A DNA stretch of 63,839 bases, filler included, from Dicyema japonicum (GCA_011109175.1; 8 parts of 8 records of this genome joined end to end with filler, not necessarily neighbours in it); one strand, 5' to 3'; counted from the first letter of the whole stretch, positions 12,100 through 24,614 are shown. Numbers and translations: made by a program. The notes: generated from the letters alone by a model not told the origin.

Positions 12100-12400
12100 A
12101 GATCGACTACTCGGCTTATTAGTCTCTTATCCAAAGTGAAAAGGAAGGTGGTGAATTTTTCCAAGTTAGTCAGTATCCAAACGTGTTGTCGACCCAACTG
12201 TTGTCGTAATCTCGCCTATTACGTGAGGGAAGAATGATTTTATCATAGAAATAGTTTTCAGTTCCCCTTGTGGGAAAGTCGTTCAAGAATAAACTGAACA
12301 AGGGAGGGGATAGTAGTGATACCTGAGGACATCATTAGGTAGAAATGTTGAGTTCGATTTCCCACGGCAAATACGTCCACTGAGTAAGTTAACTAATCAG
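12100..12400 (-). mobile_element. LINE RT remnant (Jockey-like)
   Basis: QVSLLSPPLFSLFLNDFP matches the RT motif QGSxLSPxLFxxxxND; degenerate. Confidence 0.55.
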
Positions 12401-12599
12401 AGTTTAACACTTTCAGAGATTCTCGTTTGGAAAATCTACACGTGAGAACCCTTCTTGGGAATCACTGTTTTCAGATATATAGGATTGTAGGAATACCGAG
12501 AGCGGCTAAATTGGTAAAAGAAGAAAAATGAATGAATCCTTAAAATATCTCTGATTTTTGGAAGGATTAGTTCCTCTAGGTTTGAATCCTGCTCCTTTT

Positions 12600-12850
12600 T
12601 TCAGATTTCCAAGAAAGTCCGGTTGGAAAACGTAGGATATCTTGGCTTCCACTTGAGAGCGATGGCACACATGCTGGAAAGGCGATCTCAAGTGCCGACC
12701 TGAGACCCATACCTCCGAGGGGTGTAGGAAGCTTGCATTGATTCCAACTCGCTACGTCAAAGTGGATTGGAAGAAATGGAAGTGCTGTCAGTGGAAAATG
12801 GGTATCTATAAAATGACGAGCTCAATCTTCGACCTAAGTCCCCCACTTGA
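12600..12850 (-). mobile_element. CRE-like element fragment
   Basis: Reverse complement of roughly 17490-17670 (ggttggaaaacgtaggatatcttggcttccacttgaga...). Confidence 0.8.
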
Positions 12851-12969
12851 TCTTCAATAGTGTGAGGTTATGGTCACTGTATGTCTATGTCCTAATAATT
12901 GACCAAATAGTGATTGAAGACGGGATGCAGGAGCAGAGTGCGATATCCGATGAGGTTGTTGGTCTGGGA

Positions 12970-14220
12970 GGTGTCCAGACATTTGGCCTACAGGAAATTT
13001 AGCACAAATAACTAAGAAATATGCCATACTTTTTATTAGCACATTTTTTTAAATTCAAGATAAAATTCAAGATAAAAACATCAAATAAAATGAGTCAAAA
13101 AGTTACATCAATACTCATTGTTCTGTAGGTAAAACAGTTAAGATTTACTTAAAGGTTATGAGAAAGCGCACTCAAAAATTCTACTGGAGTGTATTCATCA
13201 TATTTTTCAATAATGCTGTTTATCCTTTTGTTCACATCATGGTACTTCTTACTTCTCTTATTGTTATTCAGGCCATCACTTGTTCTACTGTGAGCTTCCA
13301 CTCTGACTGTTCTTTTCGTTTTTTGCAACAAGCCGACAAACGGTTGGATGTTTTATAGACACTGTGAAAAAGATCTGAGCCATCCTTCAAGTGAATTCGT
13401 AGTTCTTGGGAGGCCTTCTGCCTGTCTGTCGTGTACATTCCACATTTCCAAACTAAACAATGGTATTCTTCTCCTTCCACGTTGCAAGGTTCCGATCCAT
13501 GTTGTCTCAAAATAGGTCAGAAAATCTCCCAACACGTCATCAGTCTCGTCATCTATAGTTTCAAGGAGCGCTCGGAAACTCTCAATGACTTGAGGTACAG
13601 GAACAAATGCCAGTGAATGAATACTTTTAATTAAGTTTGCATTTGCTGGGTCATTATGCCATGCCTGCAGTCCTAGATTTTGTATTTTTCGCCATAAACA
13701 TCGCCCAAAGTGAAAGTAGCAGCCATACACATTTGCATTTGGAAAAATTCTGTTGATAGCATTGATCCCTGCTCCCTCATAATCTATGGTAAATGACGTA
13801 CATGTTTACATAATGTAGCATGCATAGTGTATAACTGAAAACCTAATGGAGCTGAATCAAAAGTACCATCACACAACCAATGTTCTTTCATAGACATAAG
13901 ATCAAGGTTTTTTACTGTTGTTAATAAAAGCAATCCATCACTATTGTGTAGCACAAAATCATCTCCTCTGAGAGTACTTTTAAGTTCATCAGTTAGAACA
14001 CTACCGTCTTGTATTTGATCTGTACGCTGTCGATAAACAGTACGTGCAAGGGTTTCTTTTTTGGGTAGCGCACAAGCAGCATCAATAGGGTAAGTGCTTA
14101 AACAATTTTGATAACTGTGGATGTAGTTTCTTCAGAATCTATCGCTCTCTTCTTTATCGTATTGATAGTTTTCAGCGAATGTAAACGTTTTGCATTTGGT
14201 GGATGTTCGTGTGGTGTATA
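12970..14220 (-). mobile_element. MULE (Mutator-like) transposon, truncated and internally deleted
   Basis: WLCDGTFDSAP.GFQLYTMHA, IDYEGAGINA..IFPNANVYGCYFHFGRCLWRKIQNLGL and PRTTNSLEGW; terminus GGTGTCCAGACATTTGGCC at 12970 is shared with 19552. Confidence 0.88.
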
Positions 14221-14288
14221 AAACCCATTAAGAATTAGTAACAAAATACCACCCCTATAAACACCAAATAAGCAAAAAATAACTCATA

Positions 14289-15108
14289 TTAACAACAAAT
14301 CCGAATGTCATCATTATTGAATAACATATATAGTGTAAATAACGCATTCCTCGAAGCACCCTCTCTTGCCTCATTAATGTCATCCCCTATATCAGAGAAC
14401 ACGAGCTTCTTCATAAAAGACACAACAAGAACAGCAGCTGGCTTTCCTAAAAAGTAACACCACTCTCACCAGTTGGATGAAGGTAATAGTTGAAAATTTC
14501 AAATGTAAACTTTCGTTTAGCAGCAACCAGTCCCAGTCTATGAATAAACGAATCCTTTGAAGCCAGAGGAGGAAGTCCGTCTACGACCAACAGTCCAAGG
14601 GAGACCGAGTGGGTGGTTATCTCGAGGACCGATCTGAATTGGGCGTAGATGGAACTCTTCTCCAGCTTATTAAGCATTTCTATTGAGGCCGAATTCTTTG
14701 CCTGCTGTTTCCGAGAGCCTTTGCCTGTAACTGAGATGACCCGACTGTTATAGTGCACGTGAAATGGTGGAAAACAGTTCCTCGTTTATGCTCGAGCATT
14801 TCCACACTAGGAGGAGGTAAATTATGTCGGCTAAGCAGGGCTAAAAGACTTCCGTAATTATTCTGGGGGGCCGGAACTTGGAAATACAGCATGGGAGATC
14901 TTTAAAAAGACTACGGAGTTTGAAAGCAGCGGCCTTCCGGGCATCTTTCCTGTTTTTTGCCAATCTCAGTGACCTCGTAGTTGTTTGCCGTGATTATGCA
15001 CTCATAGACGTTGTTATCTGAGTTGATACACCTTTCTTTGAACGTTGGAAAAGGAATTTTGTTCTTACTACAGAATATATGAATCCAAGATATGTCATCA
15101 TCATTCAT
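14289..15108 (-). CDS. Triple dsRBD protein, TARBP2/PACT/Loquacious-like
   Basis: dsRBD1 (FPTFKE..YECIITA...GKNRKDARKAAA), dsRBD2 (FTCTITVG...GKGSRKQQAKNSAS..ML) and a degenerate third domain ending IGDDINEAREGASRNALFTL. One 23-nt intron at 14447-14469. Needs three single-base homopolymer corrections (14953-58, 14893-95, 14740-42). Confidence 0.72.
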
Positions 15109-15239
15109 TTTTAATATTGAATATTAGAGACAACCAAACAATCCCAAACACATATTTAAATAATTGTTTTATTCTATAATATTATAATCCCACTTTAATA
15201 AAAAGTTAATATTTAATAATCAAAAACCTTCCTCGCCTG

Positions 15240-15740
15240 CCTGTTTGCAAGCCTCCTCAGGCAGGTTCGATTCTGGTTGCTGAAACCACTCTGAGAGCGC
15301 CTTGTCAAATTGAGCCCTCTGCCCATATGGCATCTCCGGGCTCTGCCTCCTATACTCCAGTGTCAGGCTCTCTAAAGTCCGCTTTAATACAGTAGACTGT
15401 AGATAGGCCTGGAGCTTCCTATCTACCCCCAGCTGCTTCAGATAACCCTTGTGGTACTTACAGAGTAACGTAGCGTTGGATTTGTGAAGATCACCAAACC
15501 GGACCTACGCCTCTGGAGGCCCTTATGAGACTAGACTCCAGATCATGGGAAGGTGGCCCTGAAAATTCAGGCATTTTGTAAGAACCAATGTCGTTTATTA
15601 CCAGAGACACAAGGAAAATGATTTCAATTACATTCTGGTTTTTCGGTTCGTGGATAATGGCCTGAAAACAATACAAAAACAAAAACTCCAATAAATTCCT
15701 TCTTGGCGGGCTTGAGGTGTCCAACAGTCGTTGCAACCAC
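15240..15740 (-). mobile_element. R4/Dong-like non-LTR element, REL-domain 3' remnant
   Basis: C-terminal peptide KYHKGYLKQLGVDRKLQAYLQSTVLKRTLESL. Confidence 0.65.
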
Positions 15741-15966
15741 CACCAACCTAATTGGCAGTTAAAATCCGTGGAGTTGTGATAACTTACCTAAATATTAGAA
15801 ACAAACTTTTTTTAAATAATAATCGGCGTTATTGCAGTAAAATTCAATAAAGTTCAGTAAAGGAATGTCAGGAATGGCATTTAGGAATGTCATTCAGTTT
15901 AGTTTCCTCTTCAGATATGGAGAGAGCGAGTTCTACAAGTTGATCAACTGACTCAACCCTTTTGCA

Positions 15967-18263
15967 ATGTTTTTGTATAATTCAATTAAATTAAAAAGAA
16001 ACGTGGTGGTATTGTGGTGCGTAATTGCATCATCATGGAGCGTCGTTCATATAATGGAGCAACACATATTATTACTCAAGAGACTGGACACTACATGCTC
16101 TTCATGCGGTTATGCTAATGCACGCAAATATGGACTTTTCTGCTCGTCTTGCGGTGACTTTTTCCACCTCGGATGCATAAAGATGTCTCAGCGGGCTGCA
16201 TGCTCGCTTTGCCTGTGGAACTGCAGTGTCTGCATGGGCACTGGTCGGAAAACCCAGAGGATCATTCCAAACGAGAGAACCGAATGAGCATCTAGACTTC
16301 AATGATATGGACAACCTCTTGCTCTTCTTGTCGGATCTAAGGAATGCAGGAAGATCCCAATCAGGATCCAAGACCCGTCCGGATACCCGCGGCTACATGC
16401 CTGGCCTCTGCAATTGACGATGCTCTCACGTCCGTCGACCAGGAGGCCTGGCTAAAACTCCTCAGTTTCGCCCCGATGGAACTTAGAATTCCATTTACCG
16501 ACTCAAAAGGAGATCAACGGAACACAAGAAAAAGTATGACATTTAGGAACTCCCTTTCCTCAAAAATGAAGAACATCCAGGTTTTCTATGTGCATTCCTC
16601 TCACCAAGACGGAAGTCATGAAACCAAAACATCCTGATTCCAATCCTCCGGTTTTTTTGAATGGTCCGGACAACTTGGAGAAAGAGTAAATCGTAAACTA
16701 TTTGAAGGCAACGTCCGAGCGGCGTTGTGCGTCGTTGCCAGCGACGATACTGTCATGGCTGCGACGCCTGAGGTGCTTGAACTACCAACTATTTCAGAAG
16801 ACTGACAGCGAAAATCGCATGGAGAATATCTGAAGAATTATCCCCCCTCCAACTGCGGGTCGGTGTAAGGAACAGATGCAAGGCGGCAGTGCATGCTGTG
16901 TCTTTTGGACAGAAAGACGAACAAAACTCACACATCGGGGTCAAGCTGGACATCTGCAATGCCTTCAATTCACTGAGGAGGATCCACTTCTTTTCGCTCT
17001 GGCCATCGAAGAAATTGTCCGCTCTATCAACACAAAACTAAACCTCTGGTATCTTGATGACGCCACAATTAGAGAGCCGTGGAGAAAAGTTCACGACGTT
17101 CTGTCACATGCCGTGCCGGAACCTCAAACTTGAGATAAACATAAAGAAATCGGAGCTAATAAATATCACATACTCGGAGAGTGATTTTATCAATGTGGTC
17201 GAGTCTTTCAACTCGGTACTACCTGGAATTACTGTCGAACCCAGAAAGCGGACATACATTCTTGGGTGCCCACTTGACGAAAAGGAACTGCGGAACCATC
17301 TACTAACAAAAGAGGATGAACTCTCTAGAGTTACGGAGAAACTTTCCTTACTCGATGCTCATACAGCGTTCTTCCTTTTGAAGAATAGCATCGGCTTGCC
17401 CAAACTCCTATATGCTCTCATTGTTCTCCTTGCTTCAAACATCGTGACATCTCCTGTCACTGGATAGGAAATTGAGAAAATCAGCTGAATTGCTTCTAAA
17501 CATCCACTTTTACGTGCCGAGTTGGAATCAATCCAAGCTTCCTACACGCCTCAGAGGTACGGGTCTTAGGTCGGCGCTTGAGATCGCCTTTCCAGCATAT
17601 GTACCATCGTTCTCAAGTGGAAGCCAAGATATCCTACGTTTTCCAACCGGACTTTCTTGGGAAAAAATCTTCGATGAAGCTCGTCGTGGATGGTGTGAAA
17701 CTGGTTTGGATACGCCGAACGATCCTTCGAAGCAACGTGACTGGGATGAAATTTACTCCAAAAATATCTTCGATGTGCTAAACTCTGAGGCCAACCAGCA
17801 TCGTCTTGCATGCCTCGTGTCCGCCGCCAACCATGGGAGCGTAACGTGGCTGGATGCACTCCCGCGTTCTTCCCTGGGGACCCTTTTGGACGATGACTGT
17901 ATTCGGATAGGAATCGCAAAACGCCTAGGAGTTGATGTTTGCGTTGAACACCAATGTCGTTGTGGAGGGATCGTCAATGCCAAAGGGCTGCACCCGCTCT
18001 CGTGCAAAAGAAGTGCGGGCAGAGCACCCCGTCATACTGCTATGAACAACATTGTCATGCGTGCTCTTGAAGCTGCAGACTTCCCGGCAGTACTGGAGCC
18101 CGTGGGATTGGACCGCGGAGACGGGAAAAGACCGGATGGGTTAACTATCTTCCCGTTCACTGAGGAAAAATCGCTCGTATGGGACTGCACTGTTGTGGAT
18201 TCTTTCTCGAACTCGATGATACTCAGCTCGGCGCAGTCTGTTGGATCGGCAGCCGATTTGGCA
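15967..18263 (+). mobile_element. CRE-clade non-LTR retrotransposon (PHD finger, RT, REL endonuclease), internally deleted, runs into a gap
   Basis: PHD CSSCG..FCSSCGDFFHLGCIK...WNCSVC; RT LDICNAFNSLRR|DPLLFALAI..LNLWYLDDATI, with a segment missing between the motifs; REL C.CG......HPLSCK..R..RH...N...RPDG...VWDCTV. Confidence 0.85.
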
Positions 18264-18363
18264 NNNNNNNNNNNNNNNNNNNNNNNNNNNNNNNNNNNNN
18301 NNNNNNNTTAATTAATTAANNNNNNNNNNNNNNNNNNNNNNNNNNNNNNNNNNNNNNNNNNNN
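18264..18363. other. Artificial scaffold spacer N-TTAATTAATTAA-N (also near 22884, 38678, 40114, 46903, 54205, 61435)
   Basis: The same 12-mer, giving stops in all six frames, centred in about 100-nt N blocks seven times. Confidence 0.97.
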
Positions 18364-19166
18364 ATCGATCCGATTAGCTAGATTCCAACACTGTTACATA
18401 GTTGATCGAAGGATTCCTTTCTGCTTTGCTTTCTTCAATTCCTATGACCCGTAAATGGATCTACTTAATTCAAAAAACGCTCAGAACCTTGTTGGCTACA
18501 AAAGTATCTCTTTTTCCCTTAGAGGGGTTTCCAAAATGGGGACATGGATGGAGGTAATTTTCAGAAAGCACGTATTAAGTAAAAAGAAAAGTAGAACTGG
18601 GTATACTTTAATTAGGCGTTAATTAATCCTTAACCTTTTTCCTGGCGTTTTCAGTGTTCCTAAATGACGCATGCCATCGCGTCTGGCCGTGCCATAATGT
18701 CCTGGCAAATTCTTAAGTTTGAAAAATGTTTAGTCACTAAGTAAAAAATCGATTTTTAGATTTTTGAATAATATTAGAAAAAAATGATTAATTTTTAACT
18801 GGAATAATTTATTTAAACATTAGTTTTGATGTTTAGTTTAGAAACTTTGGCTGGACTTGATGGCATGCGACATTAAATAATTTGTGTATTTTTGTTTTAA
18901 AGGTTCCCATAATGAAACATTTTAAGATTTCCAAAATAACGATTACGTATTAGAAACAAGGTGTTCTTGTGACTATTTTATCTTGTGTTGCCTTTGGCTA
19001 AATATACTTTGAAATGAACCCCCACCTAAAATTATAAAAGATCCTTTGATGCCAATTCTTAATGAGATCTTTATACTAGAATTGGGAGACCACATTTATA
19101 GTTAGAATTGTGGTTGTTGGAATAGTGGTTGCCGTGTACATTGAAGGAGGCAAGAGTAAGTTCCTA

Positions 19167-19354
19167 AATTTTGTGAGACGATAGAGCAGTTTGTTTCATA
19201 GAGCTAGGTCACCATCTTCACGTTTTAGAAAAATCTATCTGCAGGGATAAGTTATATCCTTAACTTTGTGAGACGATAGAGCAGTTTGTTCCATAGAGCT
19301 AGGTCACCATCTCCACGTTTTAGGAAAATCTATCTGCAGGGATAAGTTTTATCC
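19167..19354. repeat. 95-bp tandem duplication (2 copies)
   Basis: ttgtgagacgatagagcagtttgtt...tctatctgcagggataagtt repeated with a period of about 95 nt and few mismatches. Confidence 0.85.
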
Positions 19355-19439
19355 ATTTCTGGTTATAATTTACATACGATCCGCTTGAAAGATAGTTAAG
19401 TCCCTGATTAAAAAAATTTTTAAATTTCCGTGAAATCCC

Positions 19440-20600
19440 GATGGACCGAAGAAAGTAAGCAACCATTAACTGATTCCCCCACAAGAACCCTCAGGAAAAT
19501 CTCTCACCTCAATTTTTCCAAATCATAATATGACTTTCGTTCCCTTTACTCGGTGTCCAGACATTTGGCCGATAGGTAATTCTGGTTTTAAAATTCAGAA
19601 CTAAAATTCAAGATATAAAAGTCAAAAATTATACTGGAGTGTATTCATCATATTTTTCAATAATACTGTTTATCTTTTTGTTCACATCTTGGTACTTCTG
19701 TTTTACTTGTCTTATTGTTATTCCGGCCATGACTTGTTCTACTGTGAGCTCCCACTCTGACTGTTCTTTTCTTATTTTTACAACAAGCCGACAAACGGTT
19801 GAACGTTTTATAGACACTCTTTGTGAAAAAGATCTGTGCCATCCTTCAGTAAATTCGTAGTTCTTGGGAGGCCTTCTGCCTTTCTGTCATGTACATTCCA
19901 CATTTCCGAACTAAACAATGGTCTTCTTCTATTTCCACGTTGCAAGGCTCCTATCCGTCTGTCGGCCAAATGTCTTAGTACCATTCACTCGATAACCTTT
20001 CATCTCTCCACATTAACGCAGTTTATTGTCGACGGTTTCAACAATTCAAAACCTCCCAAAAGAACTTTCTGGCTTCAATCGACCTGACAAAAACCTGTGA
20101 CAGCATTTCTTGTGTGGTCCTCTCAAATAAGATCAATTCATCAATTATCCATCAAGTTTGGCAGTCCTGGTTCACAAATTTCTTTTCCAAGAGACTAGGT
20201 CATACCTGTTTTCATTCCCAAATGACCTGATTTCACTACATCCCCAATGGTGTTATCAGAAATCTTTTTTCACCCTCTATTTTAATCTCTATCTCAGCGA
20301 ATTTCTAATGACTCAGAAAACACCATTTTAACGACAGCCTTAATATATGCCTTCAGCATTTAGAGCTGTAACGAGGTGTTTGAAATCATCTCAGTTGGGC
20401 AATTACATTGGAAGTCGAAAATCCTGCCTCTGTTTGACCACCTTGAAAAGAGAAGCTCTCAATATTACAGACAATCGCCTGACCCAAACTACCCAACCTT
20501 CTCATTAATTAAATCCACTAACAGAAGACTCATAATTCTCTAATCTCTAAAGAACGTTAAGGAAAATCTCTACCCCGGAAGAAGATCAAATTTGGACAAA
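19440..20600 (+). mobile_element. Jockey-like LINE RT remnant interrupted by the MULE derivative
   Basis: FRSL.S|..HLSTLTQFIVDGFNNSKPPKRT...SIDLTK..D and LFNLYLSEF; same family as 22150-22883. Confidence 0.6.
19552..19982 (-). mobile_element. Non-autonomous MULE deletion derivative (about 430 bp) nested in a LINE RT remnant
   Basis: Imperfect TIRs GGTGTCCAGACATTTGGCCGA and reverse complement GGTACTAAGACATTTGGCCGA; interior matches 13170-13500; flanks ctttactc and attcactc. Confidence 0.8.
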
Positions 20601-22149
20601 GTATGCATGGTTTTGTGTCTACACACGACATACAAATCCTTGTAGATAACAAAATACTGTAGCTTATTTACAGGCAAACCCTTTTTCTAAAAGAGAGTAA
20701 TTATCAACGATTATAAGAAATAATCAATCGAGGGTTATACTGTAGCCGCCCTGACTGTGCTACATTCCCTCAGGATGGCGAGCGAGATTCGGTCAAATAA
20801 CCAGTAACACTCACGGAGATCACCTGTTCGTTTTGAAATACGATTCACTAGACGACCCAAGAATTTCAACATCGATAGGGATAGGGAACCGGAGAATCAA
20901 TACAGATAACTAATAATTGAATATTCCCACTTGGTTTGGTGCATCAAATGAATCGATGTTTTCCGTTATATTTTGATGTTGAGGTTTCTTGTGCGTTATT
21001 AGAAATTTCTTTCCTATTGAGAACTATTCTGAATAAGAGGTCCCAATTTATCCCAGCTTATATTTATAGATCAGTGACTGGTTTTCTGTACCAACCATCT
21101 ATTACACCATTAATTAGATTATCATCATTGAATGAGTATTTTGTTGATAATTCATTGCTTTTCTTGAAAGTTGAAATATAGATCCCCGCCAGTCATTGCC
21201 AACAAAGGAATCAAAAAATGCAACTAGTAATTTTTGTGGTGAATTTATATTTAACCCAATTTTTACTAGTTTTATCCGTCGCCACAAGGTCTCTCAGTTT
21301 GTCGTTTATTCTGAGTGTTCCACATGGGTGGTAATTAGCTTCCAAGTTGGCTCATGCCATTGTACAGGAGTAGTCAAACGAAATGAGGTCCAAATATGAG
21401 TGTTCCAATCATACAATTAGGACGTGACATTAGCCTACTAAATATTATTATTAACTCCAGAATCACTGGGTCAAAAAGAAAGAAAAGGTTCTCAACCAAC
21501 TAAGTGATCCCAGACCGACAAGGGAGAGGACGAGTTCGGTGGAGTCGAGAATCCTGAACAGAAAAGCTTACTAAATATAATACGTGTGAATCCAAACAAC
21601 AAGTAGTCGTATTGATTATATTAAAATTAATTTGACTAATTGAGCTATCAAAATCTTCACTATTCGTCCATTTTCTTTTCCAACCACTAGAGAATTTATA
21701 TATGCTGTTGAACTAATTTAATAGAATTGATTTTAAAAATATAATTTTTAAATTAATTACTATCATTTGCATATAATCACGATTTTTATATACAACTAAT
21801 TTTAAAACTGAAAATCTTGGAAATCATTTACCACAACACATGTCCTTTTCATTTCATGTCGATGGCATCTCAGGAAGCTGCTCAAGAAAGCTAGAGATAA
21901 TCAAATTTATTTTTGATGGCATTAAAACCCTTACCAGCATTGAGATTTGTACAAACAATTCATTGAGTCATTTGTCAGCTATGCCTGTGGGTCATAGGGA
22001 ATCAATATGTCCTAGACGAACAAACAAAAAATCAGCGGCATTCAGTCCTTGATATCCACTACTATTAGTAATCTTGGAAAACTAGAAAATTTATTACCCT
22101 CTTCATTTGAAGACGTAATCCGACAAAATGGAAAAAAATTTTCTTCCAT

Positions 22150-22883
22150 GTGCAACTCCTAACAGTACAAAACCAAGACATGTCTTATGAGAAGGGAATA
22201 CATTGGCCCTCTCTAATTTCTATTCCTCAGATCATCCCACCCACAGATAAGTTGTGTTGGATCCCAGAAGGCGCACAAAGAGAAGATGAGAAATCTTATT
22301 GTGACCTTCGAGATCACGTTACTAATTTAGTGATTAAATTAACTATTGATGTTCTTGGGTTAATAATGATAAGATCCTCAAAAGATAAATTCTTCTCAAA
22401 TCTGAATCTGTCTAACTCCCAGCGCGACTTCTATGCCAAGCATTCTACCTCAACCCATCTAGCAAAGTTAACTGACTTTACTGCTAATGAATTTAACAAC
22501 CATGAACCACCACTAGCCTTTATTTACATTTTTAAGGTCATGATAAGACCACCAGGCACGTTGTTTGCAACAAAATAACCTCATCGGTTATTCCTCCATT
22601 CATAGAGATTACTAAATCATTTCTCTCTGACGGACAGGACCTACTTTGATTATGTAGAAGAAATCTAGTCCTGTTACCTTTCAAACGGATTACCGCAAGG
22701 CTCTACCCTTTCCCCGGCTTTATTCAACATCCATCTGAGTAGCATACCCAAGCAGAAAGATACGTTAGTCATGTCCTATGCGGAATACATAAGTCAGAAA
22801 TATCCTTAGGACTCGGGATTGAGACATTACCTCCGCCTAACTAACCTCCAAACAAACTTAGATTTCCTAGAGTCTTGGTTATT
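22150..22883 (+). mobile_element. Jockey-like LINE RT remnant, runs into a gap
   Basis: KHSTSTHLAKLTDFTANEFNNHEPP, GLPQGSTLSPALFNIHLS and SYA motifs. Confidence 0.7.
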
Positions 22884-23091
22884 NNNNNNNNNNNNNNNNN
22901 NNNNNNNNNNNNNNNNNNNNNNNNNNNTTAATTAATTAANNNNNNNNNNNNNNNNNNNNNNNNNNNNNNNNNNNNNNNNNNNNAAATATAACTTAAAAAT
23001 ATTAAAATATGACCTAAAAAATCAAAATATGACCTATCAAATTTTGATTTTTAGATATTCTGAATTTGAAAATATGAAAAAATTAAACATT

Positions 23092-24465
23092 TCAATCAAT
23101 GAATTTATTATAATATTGCATCATATAATATTTAATATTTTCTGGCTTGAAGTTTCTATCCTTTTCTAGCAATTTATTCAGCATAGAAAAGCTTCTTTCT
23201 GCAGATATTGATGTTGAAGGACATTTCCATAAGTAAATAAATGTTTCTGGAGATATACTAGAAATTCTAGCATTTTTAATATTCGTCCATGGTAACATAC
23301 TTGTCCGCTTTAAAAAATACTTGTTGATGTCACAATTATCTTCACCAAAATTAAAGGAATCAATGAATTCAATTGCATCTTTAATTGTATCAAATTTTTT
23401 TTGGCATTTTCTGATTTCATCAATAATAGGGTTGTATGAAGCCATTAACTCTGCCAGATTTTTCCCCAAATTTTCAGAACTAACAGCATTTTTCGCATTC
23501 ATCACAATCTTTCCACAATTTGGATAGGACAAGACAATTTCCCGAACTCTTGAAAGATGTCGACTATAATATTTTGCTGCGTCCAACCAGCTGCCCCATC
23601 TTGTTAGAACAAAATCAGGTGGAAGTCCAATAACTGTAAAAAGACTCCTCCGGGATGGATTTTTTACAATCGACATTTTGATAGACGAGATAAGGTCGTC
23701 AATATATTTATAATGTGCTCTAATCTTCAATGCACAATTGTGCAGAAGATGAGCAAAACAAGTTATATGAATCATTTTAATATACATAACCTTCAATGTA
23801 CTCGCTGCTAAAGTCATATAACGGGCAGCATCAGAAATAAATAATAAAAAATGTTCCCTTTTTATATCATAAATTCGAATTGTGTCATCCAAAATTCTAC
23901 AAATTGCAGATGCATCACAAATTTCAATTTCCAAACAATTTAATAAATAAATTTTTTCAGGACTTTCAATAGTCCCACAAAGACCGTTAACAAATTTCTG
24001 CTTATTGATTTCCGTTTCATCAACAAGTATGAATATATTTTTTCCAGAAATAATTGTTTTAAGCATTTCAATCAATTGATATTGAAAATCTGGAACTATA
24101 TTTATGCACCAACTTTCGCTGGGAACAGTAAATCCGAGATTATTAAAAAAATTAATAAAGTGTTCATTTCTTATTTTGTAAAGAGGTATATTCGCCTTCG
24201 TCATCATTTCGACTAAGCAAATTCCGAAATTTTTCTTTGCTTCAAGTTTCGGAAGAGTGTTGAGTTGCGTTTGAAATTTTGTCTGTTCCTTTTTATGCCG
24301 GGTAGTTTCCCTGTGCTGCACCACATTAAACGTTTTCGTAAAATTAACAAAAACTGAGCATTTCAAACAAAATAGACGTCCAGCTGAATCAATCTGAAAT
24401 TCAGACGGGTATCGGTTAATTATTTTATTTAACTTTTGATTGTTAGATTGCTTTTGTTTCGACAT
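23092..24465 (-). CDS. hAT-superfamily (DUF659/CGGBP1-like) transposase, intact 457 aa
   Basis: Uninterrupted ORF with N-terminal C2H2/BED-like finger (CLKC...H..T.RH), VDET, SDAARYM, CFAHLLH, TRWGSWL and ERSFS; subterminal AAATATGACCT repeats at about 23006 and 23024. Confidence 0.85.
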   Translation of the reverse strand: MSKQKQSNNQKLNKIINRYPSEFQIDSAGRLFCLKCSVFVNFTKTFNVVQHRETTRHKKEQTKFQTQLNTLPKLEAKKNFGICLVEMMTKANIPLYKIRNEHFINFFNNLGFTVPSESWCINIVPDFQYQLIEMLKTIISGKNIFILVDETEINKQKFVNGLCGTIESPEKIYLLNCLEIEICDASAICRILDDTIRIYDIKREHFLLFISDAARYMTLAASTLKVMYIKMIHITCFAHLLHNCALKIRAHYKYIDDLISSIKMSIVKNPSRRSLFTVIGLPPDFVLTRWGSWLDAAKYYSRHLSRVREIVLSYPNCGKIVMNAKNAVSSENLGKNLAELMASYNPIIDEIRKCQKKFDTIKDAIEFIDSFNFGEDNCDINKYFLKRTSMLPWTNIKNARISSISPETFIYLWKCPSTSISAERSFSMLNKLLEKDRNFKPENIKYYMMQYYNKFID

Positions 24466-24614
24466 GTNAGTATTTATTCGATAAAATTTATTGTTTGTGG
24501 ATATTTTCTAGTTTAATGAGTTTATAAGTTAATTTTTTTGGCGAATATAACCCAATTGGAATAAATAAAATGAAGTAGGAATTGGAATATATAAAAATCA
24601 CCAATAAACAAGTA

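Noticed and set aside
14340-14446. Initially read as a CRE remnant
   Set aside because: Splicing a 23-nt intron makes it the last exon of the dsRBD gene.
18308-18319. Recurrent TTAATTAATTAA palindrome (seven times) as a regulatory or recombination site
   Set aside because: It is always centred in N blocks of about 100 nt, so it is an artificial six-frame-stop spacer.
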